Counted from the stretch's first letter, positions 23,200 through 33,918 are shown. The stretch: 64,000 bases of DNA from Candidatus Saccharimonadota bacterium (GCA_017514665.1 JAFWIX010000005.1:26991-90990), one strand, 5' to 3'. Program-made: numbers and translations. The notes: generated by a model not told the origin, from the letters alone.

Positions 23200-24655
23200 A
23201 TCTTATTACTTCCCTTATCAAATTTCCACTGCTTACATAATAAAGGTATTTGTTGTTGCCGCTAATCATTACGGCACGGTCACTTACTCCATCTTTAACT
23301 ATTTCTCGTTCATTTGCGCCATCGAAATCCCAAACGACCACTTTATTATCTAGAACATCATACAGCATACTATCATCTATCCATTTCACTTTGTCACTCT
23401 TAGACTCGTAATTTACTATTTTATTAGTGTCAAGATCAATTGAGACAATATTCTTACCTTGTTTTGCTAATACATACTCACCACCACGGCTCACCGTTAA
23501 ATTGTCTGGTACGAAGCCAAAATTATACTCCAAAACTAGCTTCAAAGTTGAATCATCACTATCTAATAAAACTTTATTGTTGTTATTTTTCTTCATTTCG
23601 CTTGTATAAGCTGGGTACTCACCCGAATAAATATCTATCTTGTTGCCCACTGCATAAATCAAATACTCATCATCATAATAAGCACTGCTGCCTACCAGCA
23701 CTTTTTCATCTGTGTCTAAAACTTTTACTACTACACTTTCTTTAGCGCCATCTTTATAAATGCCGATATTGCGTTTACCGTCATCATTCTTGTCTGTCAC
23801 ATAAACTATGTCTGCGCCATGGTTGGTAAATCCTGCCACTTTTTCTACTAAAATGCGCGATATCGATTTATTTCCAATATCAATTTTGCGCAAATTACCA
23901 TTCTCGAGCGTTAAAATCCGTTCGGCTGAACCACTCGCTAATTCAATTCTATTAAAATTCATACCAAACTCTTTAGTGACATTGACGCTTTCAGTCACAT
24001 CCTTTAGGTCTATCAACGCCCATTCGGTGTTGCCCTCAAAGCTAGCCTTGACTAACACCTTATCTTCATCGCTATCCCATTTGATCTGCTCAATTTTGCC
24101 GGTAAATTTATTTTCTTTAATAAAAGTAAAGACTTTTGTTACGTCCACCTCTGTGGTTTCTACTTCGTCATTTTTAACGTTCATCAAAGTCCACTTGGTA
24201 CTATCTGGTTTAGCATATAATAAATAGTTGCGGTTTTCTGATGCGCTATAAAACATCAAATCTCCCAGAGCAATCACTTTTTCTGGTTTACGTTCTAACA
24301 AGAATAATCTCGGAGAATATAGGCGCATCAAACTACCTGGCTCCATAGTCACGGTTTTCTCCCAACTATCATAGCCATCTTTGGTAATTTTAATATAGTG
24401 CTCACCTGGAGATAAAGACTCGCTCAAATTAGAACGCGCAAACAAAACTTTGCCATCTATTTCAACCGTCGCCCCAGTAGGCATAGTATGAAGCTGCATC
24501 AACCCAGATTGTTCTATCTCGCCTTCTTTGCCGAATTTATAGCCCATCGCCACCAGAGTCATCACCACCACAATAGCTATCACGGCAAACACCATAAATG
24601 TCTCAGCTAGAACTGTAAAGATTTTTTGTCGTCGCTTTCTCTGTTCGCGATTCAT
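23198..24655 (-). CDS. PEGA-domain membrane protein with probable beta-propeller
   Basis: N-terminal TM, TMPTGATVEIDG..LSPGEHYIKITKDGY PEGA motif; start placed at MNREQR. Confidence 0.8.
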   Translation of the reverse strand: MNREQRKRRQKIFTVLAETFMVFAVIAIVVVMTLVAMGYKFGKEGEIEQSGLMQLHTMPTGATVEIDGKVLFARSNLSESLSPGEHYIKITKDGYDSWEKTVTMEPGSLMRLYSPRLFLLERKPEKVIALGDLMFYSASENRNYLLYAKPDSTKWTLMNVKNDEVETTEVDVTKVFTFIKENKFTGKIEQIKWDSDEDKVLVKASFEGNTEWALIDLKDVTESVNVTKEFGMNFNRIELASGSAERILTLENGNLRKIDIGNKSISRILVEKVAGFTNHGADIVYVTDKNDDGKRNIGIYKDGAKESVVVKVLDTDEKVLVGSSAYYDDEYLIYAVGNKIDIYSGEYPAYTSEMKKNNNNKVLLDSDDSTLKLVLEYNFGFVPDNLTVSRGGEYVLAKQGKNIVSIDLDTNKIVNYESKSDKVKWIDDSMLYDVLDNKVVVWDFDGANEREIVKDGVSDRAVMISGNNKYLYYVSSGNLIREVIR

Positions 24656-24747
24656 AAAATATATTATATCATAAAAATTAACAAAAATACTCTTGCTTTT
24701 CATTGTGCTTGACGTTATAATAAGTTAAAGCATAATGCGAGGTATAA

Positions 24748-25725
24748 ATGAACAAAGAGAAGCAATCTGTAAATAATTCAAGCTCGGTGGCACATCGTAA
24801 AATACAACGTTCTACTACGCTCAATCGCAAATACGTCAAACGACCTTCTGCTAAGGATATCGTCGAGGATCCTACCACCGTTAAGGTTAATGTCACCCCC
24901 AAAGTTAAAGTCAATTCCCGGACCTATGCTCACAAATCCAGCACCACCAAACAGTCTACCACCGGTATTATCCCCACAGCCAAAGCTGATATTCCTGCCC
25001 AACCCAATCCTTACGCCAAAGCCATCAAAGCTCGCAAAACCGCTCAAGTTAGAACTACCAAGCCCACCAGTCAACCTTCTGCTAAAGAATTAAAAGACCG
25101 CGCCATCCAGCAAGCTATGCGCTCAGTCGCCACTATGGATACTTCTACCGTTATCGCGAGTGAAAATTTGACACCTCAAACCATCAAATCTAGCAAAGTT
25201 AAATCTCAGCCCATCAAGGCCAAAAAGCAAAAGACCAAAAGGGCCGACAAGCCGATGAATACTGGCGGCAATGGTAAGCGTTTTGTCTTAGCTTTTGCTT
25301 GTGCTGCAGCTTGCGTAATCGCTTTAGCACTCTTTGTCAACGCTAACATGCCTGACATTTCAGTTCGCGTCGCTGCTATGCAGACCGGCATTGAAGCCTC
25401 CTATCCATCTTATGTACCACGCGAATATTCACTTTCTAATATTCTTTCCGAAGAGGGTAAAATCACCATGGAATTTACTAAATCTGACGGCGAGAAATTC
25501 ACCCTCACTGAACAAAAATCTTCCTGGGACAGCAACGCCTTACTCAATAATTATGTTAAAGAAAACTGGCAAGATAATTACATTACCACCCACGAGCAAG
25601 GTGTTACTATCTATATTAAGAATTCCAGCGCCGCCTGGGTTAATGGTGGCATCCTCTATACGCTTGAAGCTGCTGACAACACTTTGACCAAAAAGCAGAT
25701 CAACAGCATCGTCGTTTCTTTGTGA
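24748..25725 (+). CDS. Membrane-anchored hypothetical protein (basic disordered N-terminus, DUF4367-like C-terminus)
   Basis: K/T/S-rich N-terminal half, one TM, YPSYVPREY..AAWVNGGILYTL domain. Confidence 0.6.
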   Translation: MNKEKQSVNNSSSVAHRKIQRSTTLNRKYVKRPSAKDIVEDPTTVKVNVTPKVKVNSRTYAHKSSTTKQSTTGIIPTAKADIPAQPNPYAKAIKARKTAQVRTTKPTSQPSAKELKDRAIQQAMRSVATMDTSTVIASENLTPQTIKSSKVKSQPIKAKKQKTKRADKPMNTGGNGKRFVLAFACAAACVIALALFVNANMPDISVRVAAMQTGIEASYPSYVPREYSLSNILSEEGKITMEFTKSDGEKFTLTEQKSSWDSNALLNNYVKENWQDNYITTHEQGVTIYIKNSSAAWVNGGILYTLEAADNTLTKKQINSIVVSL

Positions 25726-25737
25726 TATAATTAAGAC

Positions 25738-27177
25738 ATGAAAACTCGCTTTGCCCCCAGTCCAACTGGCTACATTCATATTGGCAACGTTAGGAGTGCT
25801 ATTTATCCTTATTTACTCGCCAAACAAAAACATGGTAAATTTATTTTACGCATTGAAGATACTGATCGCGAACGTTACGTCGAAGGCGCCACCGAGCTTA
25901 TTATGGATACCTTAAAGTGGCTAGGATTAGATTGGGACGAAGGCCCCGTAATTGGTGGTCCCAACGCGCCATATTTTCAAACTGAGCGCAAGAGCATTTA
26001 TCACAAATGGGCACAAAAATTAATTGCTGAAGGCCGCGCTTATGCCGACCCTACCGCTCCAGATATTATTAATAAATATCGTCAGGAATGCACTGACAAA
26101 AAAATCCCGTTTTTGTATCGCAACTTTCGCCCTACTGACACGCCTGAATGGCACGAAGGATTGCCACTGCGTTTCAAATCCGACCCCAAGCCTCGCAAAT
26201 GGCATGATGTCGTAATGGGTGATTTATCGGTCGGATCAGAAGTTCAGGACGATATTATTTTAATCAAAAAAGACGGCTTACCAACTTATAATTTTGCTCA
26301 TATTGTCGATGATGCCGAAATGGACGTCACTCACGTCATTCGCGGCGCTGAATACCTTTCTAGCGTACCCAATTATCTTGCGCTTTACGAAGCCCTTGGC
26401 CTAGAAGTTCCAATACTAGTCACCTTGCCACATATCCTCGGTCCCACTGGCAATAAAAAGCTCAGCAAACGTGATGGCGCTAAATCTGTCGTCGATTATC
26501 GCGACGATGGTGTACTACCAGAAACTATGTTAAATTACCTTGCTTGTCTTGGTTGGAACGATGGCACTGAACAAGAAATTTATACACATGACGAATTAAT
26601 CGAGCGTTTCTCTTTAGAACGCATTCAGACTTCAGGCGCACGCTTTGATGAGACCAAATTGCTCTGGCTCAATGGTCAATGGTTGCGCCGCTTAGTCGAA
26701 GAACAGGGAATCGCTCAGTTCTATCCTCGCACTGAAGGGTTTTGGCCAGACAGCGCCAAAGCTTACGATGCTAAATACCGACAAAAAGTTTTTGCTATCA
26801 TTTATGATCGTCTCAAAGCTCTTTCAGACCTCCGCACTATGACTAGCTATTTCTTTGAAGATCCAAATATCGACCTCAAATTAATTATAGACAATAAATT
26901 CCTCAAAAAATTCTCTGAAAACGAGTTGGTTGATTTTCTCCAGCAATCTGTCGCTAAGCTTCAAGGCACCGATTGGGACGAAAAATCTCTACAGTCAGCA
27001 CTCAACCAATTACTCGAAACTACTACGCTCAAGCCCGCTGAACTATTTAGCCTGATTCGTATTGCTTTATCCTATGCACCCTTTAGTCCCGCGCTCAATC
27101 TCACTCTTGCCACGCTCGGTCGTGAAACTTCACTAGCACGCTTAAATTCCACCATCACCGCCCTTGCCAACGCTTAA
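25738..27177 (+). CDS. gltX: Glutamate--tRNA ligase
   Basis: RFAPSPTGYIHIG (HIGH), LRIEDTD, KKLSKR. Confidence 0.96.
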   Translation: MKTRFAPSPTGYIHIGNVRSAIYPYLLAKQKHGKFILRIEDTDRERYVEGATELIMDTLKWLGLDWDEGPVIGGPNAPYFQTERKSIYHKWAQKLIAEGRAYADPTAPDIINKYRQECTDKKIPFLYRNFRPTDTPEWHEGLPLRFKSDPKPRKWHDVVMGDLSVGSEVQDDIILIKKDGLPTYNFAHIVDDAEMDVTHVIRGAEYLSSVPNYLALYEALGLEVPILVTLPHILGPTGNKKLSKRDGAKSVVDYRDDGVLPETMLNYLACLGWNDGTEQEIYTHDELIERFSLERIQTSGARFDETKLLWLNGQWLRRLVEEQGIAQFYPRTEGFWPDSAKAYDAKYRQKVFAIIYDRLKALSDLRTMTSYFFEDPNIDLKLIIDNKFLKKFSENELVDFLQQSVAKLQGTDWDEKSLQSALNQLLETTTLKPAELFSLIRIALSYAPFSPALNLTLATLGRETSLARLNSTITALANA

Positions 27178-27223
27178 TACTTATGCTAAAATTAAACTAA
27201 ATTAAAGCGAGGAAATTTTGTTT

Positions 27224-28504
27224 ATGGAGAATACAACACCGCCAAATCCGTCAGTTATTGAATTCAGTGATGCTGATTTAGATGTTAACAGTAAGCCCCA
27301 CAAAAAATCTGGCAAAAAATCAAAAAAACCTCGCAAACCTTTAACTAAAAAACAGAAGATTATCATTATTGTCACTGCTGCCGTGTTGTGTTTGCTAATG
27401 ATTGGTTCAGCTATTTTGCTTTATACCCTAGCGCAAAAACAACTCGAACGCGAAGAGTCTGCCAAGTCAGAACCAATTTATAGTATCCTGACTGGCGAAA
27501 ACATCGAAAGCGAAGAGCTTAACAAATCACCCACTTTCTGTGTTCAGACCCCTAACGGTATGGACGGCGCTCGCCCTCAGGTCGGCTTAAACCAAGCTGG
27601 CGTAGTATTTGAGGCTATCGCCGAAGCTGGCATCACTCGCTTTGCTGCGATTTACCAGAATCCCACGTCTTCCGTAATCGGTCCGATCCGTTCACTTCGT
27701 ACTTATTACTTAGAATGGGATACACCTTTTGATTGTACTATTGTTCATGCTGGCGGTTCTGCTGAAGCAATTGCTGCTGTTTCTAAAGGTGGTTATCGCG
27801 ATCTTACCGAATCCACCGAATATATGTGGCGCGACTCTAGCGGGTATCATGCGCCCAACAATCTCTTCACCTCGCCTGAGTTATTGAAAAAATTTAATGA
27901 TAGCAAAGGTTATGAAACTTCTACGCTTACCGCTTTTCCACGCCTCACGCCAGTAGCTGCGCTTGATGCGGTTGACGCCAACTACGCCGCCGCCCACCCT
28001 GAAGAAGCCACCTCCGATGACGCCAATAGTGACTCCGAAGCTTCTCCAGCCGAAGCCATACCTCTAGTTGAAACGATTCACGTCAACTTCGGTTCTCAAC
28101 CTAATTTCAATACCGTCTACACCTATAACTACGAGAGTAATAGCTATCTTCGCTCCTACGCCAGTGGCGCCGCCCACATGGTCTATACTTGCCCCAATGA
28201 TCTCACCGGGGAAGTCAAGCCACAAAAAGATTGCGGCGAACCATCTCAAGTTGCACCAAAAGCTATCGCCGTCATGCGCGTCAACGAATCCACTGCTTCT
28301 GACAATTATCACCAAAACATTACTACCGTAGGTAGTGGCGAGGCTATCATTTTCCAAAACGGCCAAGCTATCAAAGGCACCTGGAAGAAAACCGCCGTCA
28401 AAGATCAGATTAAATTTACTGATGAATCCGGCAAAGACATTGCCTTTACCCCCGGCCAGCTCTGGATTGCCGCTGTTCCTCAATTTGGTTCAGTTGAATA
28501 TTAA
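27224..28504 (+). CDS. DUF3048-family membrane protein
   Basis: ARPQVGLNQAGVVFEAIAEAGITRF, IGPIRSLR, HAPNNLF. Confidence 0.8.
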   Translation: MENTTPPNPSVIEFSDADLDVNSKPHKKSGKKSKKPRKPLTKKQKIIIIVTAAVLCLLMIGSAILLYTLAQKQLEREESAKSEPIYSILTGENIESEELNKSPTFCVQTPNGMDGARPQVGLNQAGVVFEAIAEAGITRFAAIYQNPTSSVIGPIRSLRTYYLEWDTPFDCTIVHAGGSAEAIAAVSKGGYRDLTESTEYMWRDSSGYHAPNNLFTSPELLKKFNDSKGYETSTLTAFPRLTPVAALDAVDANYAAAHPEEATSDDANSDSEASPAEAIPLVETIHVNFGSQPNFNTVYTYNYESNSYLRSYASGAAHMVYTCPNDLTGEVKPQKDCGEPSQVAPKAIAVMRVNESTASDNYHQNITTVGSGEAIIFQNGQAIKGTWKKTAVKDQIKFTDESGKDIAFTPGQLWIAAVPQFGSVEY

Positions 28505-28564
28505 TCTGTTATAAAAAGCCCTTGACATTCTTGTTTTGCTCATGCTAAAATAGTAGCACAAGAT

Positions 28565-30682
28565 ATGAAGGTCATTAAAAACAAACATTTTAGCGTATAT
28601 AATTTTAGGTTATCCAAGGTCAAGTTAGCCTCAGTTTTTGGTAGTTTGGCATTATTGATTATGGGATTATTTATGGTACCTAATTTTGCACCAGAAGCTA
28701 CGCATGCTGAAGGCGCTAATGCAGATCCTACTATTTCGATTATTCCAGCTGGTGATTTAGAATTAGACGTTAATCCTACCGCTAGTGGTAACTTTGGTTC
28801 TGTTTCCGCTAACGTTTCGGTTAGCACTACTAATACTACCGGTTATACCTTCACTATGAGTACAGTAGGTACTAGTACTGATCTTACTAATAGTAGGATA
28901 GATTATACTCAGTCTGGCAACCAAAATCTTAAGATTACTAATCTTTCTGCCTCTACTGCTCAGTCTAGCTTTGCTAACAACAAATGGGGCTATAACGTTT
29001 CTAAATCAAACACTTATATCAAAGGTGCTGCTAATACTTATGTACCAGTACCAAACAGTAATAGCCAACAATCCGATAAAGAAATTGAAGTTACAGACAC
29101 TACTGGCTCTAATACTTATACCTTTAGATATGGCGTTAAAGCTGATTTAGCTCTGCCTTCTGGAGACTACAGTAATACTTTAGTCTACTCAGCTACGGCT
29201 AATCCCTTGCCTACTATGCAGAATTTTGATTATGCTGCTTGCCAAGCTCTTACTGCAGATCAGACTGTCACTTTGTATGACTCACGTGACGATACCCCTT
29301 ATACCGTAGCTAAACTCCAAGATGGTAACTGCTGGATGACCCAGAACCTAGAATTAGGCAAATACGGCACGTCCATGAATCTTACCAGTGACACTTCTAA
29401 TGTTTCATCTTCTGGTTATACTCTCAACTTCTCTTATGCTAATAACTCCGTTTATAAAGGCAACTCCAACAAATACGGTAATTACTATAGCTGGCCTCAA
29501 GCTACTGCTGGTTCTGGCACCACCACAGAGGGCGAAGACGCTCCATATGATATTTGTCCTAAAGGATGGCGTCTTCCTTCCGCTTCGTCTACCGGCGCTA
29601 CGGACAGCGAATTTTACACTATGCTTAACCACTACATTGCTACTGGTACCTGGTCTAGCAACTATTGGTCTGATGTTAACACATCTAATCTTACTAACGC
29701 CCCTGTATCCCTTGTATTCCCGGGCTATATGGATTCTTCTAACGGCTCCATAAGCGATCAAAATAGCAGAAGTGATTGGTGGTCTGCTACCGCTTCCGGT
29801 GTTTCTGGTGCATTTGATTTGCACGTTTACAAAAATAGTACAAACAGCAGTGTGAGTCCAAGAATTCGATATACTAACACTGGTGGTTTTTCTGTTCGTT
29901 GTTTACTCGACAAGCCTGTTATAAAAAATGGCATGTACATGCAGGATGTCACCCAGGAGCAAGTTTCTAATACCCCAACAGATGTAACATATACTCTCAA
30001 AGACAAACGTGATGAAAAAGAATATACTGTGGCCAAGCTCCAAGACGGCAACCTCTGGATGACACAGAATCTTGCTCTAGGTGATTCTACCGCTATGAAT
30101 CTCACTCAAGCTAATTCTAATGTAGGCCCTTCTGGCTTCACTCTCCCGGCTAGCGTGACTGAAGGTAGTTGGACCGGCTCTGACGATAACCCCGAATTCT
30201 TTAATTATGCCGGTAACTACGCATCTCAACAAGCTACTAATAAATACGGTAATTACTACAACTGGCCAGCCGCTACTGCCGGTTCTGGTACTAGTGCCAC
30301 CACTTCTGGTGACGCCCAGTATTCCATCTGTCCCAAGAACTGGCATCTTCCTTCTGCTGGCAACAGCTATACTGCTAGCGAGCAGTATATTATGTTAAAC
30401 AACTATATTACTACTGGCACCTGGAATTCTGGTACCTTTCCAAGCTGGTCTGATGTCACTATCACCGAATACGCAGACGCTCCTATTTCGCTTGTGTTCG
30501 CAGGCTACTACTCCGGAAATTTGAACGACCAGGGCAGTAGCAGCAATTGGTGGCAATCTACTGCTTACGATAATGACGATGCCTACTACTTTGGTGCGCG
30601 TAGTAATGGCCGCGTGACTCCGCGATTTAGCAGCTTTAAGCGTCTCGGTTTCTCCGTTAGGTGTTTAATGCCTGGCGCGTAA
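28565..30682 (+). CDS. Secreted protein with two tandem FISUMP domains (paralog 3)
   Basis: Two AKLQDGNxWMTQNL...ICPKxWxLPS...WW...GFSVRCL units; TTGACA-18-TAAAAT promoter upstream. Confidence 0.85.
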   Translation: MKVIKNKHFSVYNFRLSKVKLASVFGSLALLIMGLFMVPNFAPEATHAEGANADPTISIIPAGDLELDVNPTASGNFGSVSANVSVSTTNTTGYTFTMSTVGTSTDLTNSRIDYTQSGNQNLKITNLSASTAQSSFANNKWGYNVSKSNTYIKGAANTYVPVPNSNSQQSDKEIEVTDTTGSNTYTFRYGVKADLALPSGDYSNTLVYSATANPLPTMQNFDYAACQALTADQTVTLYDSRDDTPYTVAKLQDGNCWMTQNLELGKYGTSMNLTSDTSNVSSSGYTLNFSYANNSVYKGNSNKYGNYYSWPQATAGSGTTTEGEDAPYDICPKGWRLPSASSTGATDSEFYTMLNHYIATGTWSSNYWSDVNTSNLTNAPVSLVFPGYMDSSNGSISDQNSRSDWWSATASGVSGAFDLHVYKNSTNSSVSPRIRYTNTGGFSVRCLLDKPVIKNGMYMQDVTQEQVSNTPTDVTYTLKDKRDEKEYTVAKLQDGNLWMTQNLALGDSTAMNLTQANSNVGPSGFTLPASVTEGSWTGSDDNPEFFNYAGNYASQQATNKYGNYYNWPAATAGSGTSATTSGDAQYSICPKNWHLPSAGNSYTASEQYIMLNNYITTGTWNSGTFPSWSDVTITEYADAPISLVFAGYYSGNLNDQGSSSNWWQSTAYDNDDAYYFGARSNGRVTPRFSSFKRLGFSVRCLMPGA

Positions 30683-30699
30683 AATTTTTCCATAAAAAA

Positions 30700-30776
30700 T
30701 GGTGACTCCTGCGGGATTCGAACCCGCGATTTTCTGGATGAGAACCAGACGTCCTAAACCACTAGACGAAGGAGCC
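30700..30776 (-). tRNA. tRNA-Glu(CTC)
   Basis: Reverse complement folds to a cloverleaf: GGCTCCT acceptor, anticodon loop TTCTCAT, TTCGAAT, CCA. Confidence 0.97.
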
Positions 30777-30920
30777 GAACGAGAAGAAAAAGTTGAATTT
30801 ATTCATACTTTTTCTTCGAATGAGGTTCCGCAAGATTTTGCCGAAGGCAAAATCTTCAGGAGCCATAATCCTATCCTACCATACCTTGAATTCCTTATCA
30901 AGATATTATATAATAATCCC

Positions 30921-32270
30921 ATGAAAAATTTCCCCTTAGTCGCATTAATTGGCCAAACCAACGCCGGCAAATCTAGCCTGCTTAATCGTTTTGCGCACAA
31001 AAATATTGCCATTACGGCGCGCGAAGAGGGAACTACGCGCGACAACGTCGTTGCTACTATTGACAATCAATTTATCTTGATAGATACTGCTGGGCTTAAA
31101 GACCCTAATGATGATTTTGAAGCTAGTATTCAAGATCAAATTACTGATGCCATTGATTCTGCCGACCTGATACTACTCACGCTCGACAGTACTAAATATC
31201 CTGACCAAAAAGATAAGCAAATTGCCAAACAAGCTCTCAAATCCCAAAAACCAGTCTTGCTCCTCCTTAATAAATCCGACCAAGGCGAATCCTTGGACGA
31301 TGCCGAATTCCTCAGTCTCGGCATTAAGCCCGCCGAGACTTTCCGCACTTCCGCTACCACCGGTCACGGCACTAAAGAAGTCAAAGGAGCAATCTTGAGC
31401 GAGCTTGAGAATTCTGGGGTATTTCGGAGCGCGGCAGCGCGAGATATAGCGCCAGCCGCCCATGGCGATGGGCCGGCTGGACGCGACCCCAGAAGTCTCA
31501 AGCTTGCCCTAATCGGTCGTCCAAACGTCGGCAAATCCAGTCTCTTCAACTCTCTTGCCAAAAAGCAACAAGCCATCGTTAGCAGCCGTCAGGGCACTAC
31601 GCGCGATGTTAATCGCGTCAATCTTAAATTCAAAGGCCAGAACCTCGAAATTCTCGACACCGCCGGTTTGCGTAAACCCGGCAAACGCGAAGTTGGTATT
31701 GAAAAATTCAGCGCCATTCGTTCTCTCGCTGCCATCGAAGAAGCCGACGTCTGCGCTCTACTTATTGATGCCACTGAACCTCATAGTAAACTCGATCAAT
31801 CACTCGCCGGTCAAATCATTGACGCTGGCAAAGGTATCGTCCTCGTCGTCACCAAGTGTGATCTCATCGACTCTACTGATGAAATTCTTAACAATCTAGA
31901 GCGTGATTTTAATTTCTTGCCCTACGCACCCGTACTGCTTACCAGTGCCGAAACTGGCAAAAACGTTACTAAGCTCTTTGAATTAGCGCTTGAAATCGAC
32001 CAGACTCGCCACCAAGAAATCAAAACCAGTGAGCTTAATAAAATCCTCAACGATGCAATTATTAGCCATCCACCCGCTGGCCTCAAAAACACTCACCCTA
32101 AACCCAAATACATTGTTCAAACCGACACTTGTCCGCCCTGGTTTGTAGTGCATGGTCGCGAAATGGAACTCATGCACTGGTCATACAAACGTTTCTTAGA
32201 ACGTAAAATCCGTGAACAATATCCTTTTATCGGTACACCAATCTTTTTCTCTTTTAAAAATGACAAATAA
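30921..32270 (+). CDS. der: Ribosome biogenesis GTPase Der (EngA)
   Basis: Two G domains (GQTNAGKS, GRPNVGKS, DTAG) and KH-like C-terminus; start MKNFPL at 30921 (the ORF track over-extends into the tRNA). Confidence 0.95.
   Translation: MKNFPLVALIGQTNAGKSSLLNRFAHKNIAITAREEGTTRDNVVATIDNQFILIDTAGLKDPNDDFEASIQDQITDAIDSADLILLTLDSTKYPDQKDKQIAKQALKSQKPVLLLLNKSDQGESLDDAEFLSLGIKPAETFRTSATTGHGTKEVKGAILSELENSGVFRSAAARDIAPAAHGDGPAGRDPRSLKLALIGRPNVGKSSLFNSLAKKQQAIVSSRQGTTRDVNRVNLKFKGQNLEILDTAGLRKPGKREVGIEKFSAIRSLAAIEEADVCALLIDATEPHSKLDQSLAGQIIDAGKGIVLVVTKCDLIDSTDEILNNLERDFNFLPYAPVLLTSAETGKNVTKLFELALEIDQTRHQEIKTSELNKILNDAIISHPPAGLKNTHPKPKYIVQTDTCPPWFVVHGREMELMHWSYKRFLERKIREQYPFIGTPIFFSFKNDK
31402..31504. 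repeat. Palindromic element E2 embedded in frame in der
   Basis: 19-bp inverted repeat AGCTTGAGA(A/C)TTCTGGGGT at 31402-31420 and 31486-31504; inner GC hairpin CCAGCCG-CCCAT-GGCG-ATGGG-CCGGCTGG. Confidence 0.75.
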
Positions 32271-33201
32271 CATCTGGAACCAACTACCCAAACATTTTCT
32301 CTGCCTTGCCCCAATGGAAGGCATCACTGATATTTTGTTTCGCCAAGTCGTCGCTAAAGCTGGCCGTCCTGACCTCTTTTTTACTGAATTCACCAACGTT
32401 TCGAGTTACGCGTCCGAAAAAGGCCGAAATAACGCTCTAGAACGCTTTGAAATTGCTCCTACCGACTCACCAATCATTGCACAAATCTGGGGCAAAATCC
32501 CTGAGCATTATTCGGCGACCGCTCACGCGCTCAAATCACTTGGTTTTTCTGGTATTGATATCAATATGGGTTGCCCCGATCGTCATGTCAATCGCGCCGG
32601 TGGTGGCGCAGCGATGATTCGCACCCCTGAACTCGCTGTAGAATGTATTCAGAGCGCGTGCAAAAACGCCGAAAATCTCCCTGTTTCGATCAAAACCCGT
32701 CTTGGTTATACCTCTGTAGACGAATATAAAGACTGGCTATCAATTCTCTTAAGGCAAAATCTCGCCGCTCTCACTGTGCATTTACGCACCAAAAAAGAAA
32801 TGTCTAAGGTCGCCGCCCACCACGAACTTATCCCTGATATTACCGCCCTCAGAAATCAAATTGCACCAGACACCAAACTCATTATTAATGGTGATATTAA
32901 AAACAAACAACACGCCGAAAGAATCTGGCAAAAATACCCTGACATTGATGGCGTTATGATTGGTCGTGGCGTCTTGGAAAATCCCTACTGCTTTACCGAC
33001 CACCAACCCACCAAAAAAGAGCTGTTAGAGCTCTTAAACTACCACCTAGACCTCTTTGAAGAACACCCCCTCCACTCTTTTGAGCCCCTAAAGCATTATT
33101 TCAAAGTTTACATCAACAACTTCCCCGGCGCTAGCAATCTTCGCGCCCAGTTAATGGAATGTCACTCAGTGGCAGAAGCTAGAAAAATCTTAAAGCATTA
33201 A
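32260..33201 (+). CDS. dus: tRNA-dihydrouridine synthase
   Basis: LAPMEGIT, IDINMGCP, LTVHLRT, INGDI, MIGRG. Confidence 0.93.
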   Translation: MTNNIWNQLPKHFLCLAPMEGITDILFRQVVAKAGRPDLFFTEFTNVSSYASEKGRNNALERFEIAPTDSPIIAQIWGKIPEHYSATAHALKSLGFSGIDINMGCPDRHVNRAGGGAAMIRTPELAVECIQSACKNAENLPVSIKTRLGYTSVDEYKDWLSILLRQNLAALTVHLRTKKEMSKVAAHHELIPDITALRNQIAPDTKLIINGDIKNKQHAERIWQKYPDIDGVMIGRGVLENPYCFTDHQPTKKELLELLNYHLDLFEEHPLHSFEPLKHYFKVYINNFPGASNLRAQLMECHSVAEARKILKH

Positions 33202-33817
33202 ACGGAAAAATTCTCACTGATACCGGCCCAATTACGCGACAATAGGGAATCGTGCCAAGACCATTACGCGAATCATAAGAATTAGAGCCTTCACGATTGT
33301 CACCAGACACAAATATTTCACCCTCCGGCACCACTAAATCTACTTCGCCCGAAGTGTGTTCTTTGGGCCCATCCGAACCATCGCGCCAGCCATTATCATA
33401 AACAAAACCTTCTGGATGCTCTTCGTTGTAAATCGTCATCACGCCATCTTTTACTACCACGCGTTCGCCCGGAAACGCTATCACGCGCTTGATTAAATAT
33501 TGATCTTTGGTGTTAGCAGGAGGATCACAAGTTACCGGGCCCTCTGCGCTACCATTTGCAAAGACAACAATTTGGCCACGTCCTGGCACGTAAGCATTAC
33601 CTAGAAAATGTGACCACGTCACCGCTGCGCGATTAACAATAATTCTATCATCGTCTTGCAAAGTGTTTTCCATGCTAGAGCCCACTACATTGTAAGAGCG
33701 AAATACAAAAGCGTTCAAAATCAGCGTGCCAACCACTACGCAAGCAATAAAAATCGCCAGACTCAAAGCGTCTTTAAGCAGAGGATATTTCTGAAAAAAC
33801 TTCGCTTTCCCTTCCAT
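33179..33817 (-). CDS. lepB: Signal peptidase I
   Basis: GSSMENTL, LIKRVIA, GDNREGSNSYDSR. Confidence 0.92.
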   Translation of the reverse strand: MEGKAKFFQKYPLLKDALSLAIFIACVVVGTLILNAFVFRSYNVVGSSMENTLQDDDRIIVNRAAVTWSHFLGNAYVPGRGQIVVFANGSAEGPVTCDPPANTKDQYLIKRVIAFPGERVVVKDGVMTIYNEEHPEGFVYDNGWRDGSDGPKEHTSGEVDLVVPEGEIFVSGDNREGSNSYDSRNGLGTIPYCRVIGPVSVRIFPFNALRFF

Positions 33818-33918
33818 ACATTCTATTGTACCATAAAAACCACCTTTCCGCTTACATTTTTCTCGCACAAAACACAAATTTAAGTTTTTCTTAAGTTTTT
33901 TTGGTATAATATAACAGT

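Noticed and set aside
30699-30920. N-terminal extension of the der ORF
   Set aside because: It is antisense to tRNA-Glu; a -10 box 6 nt before ATG 30921 marks the real start
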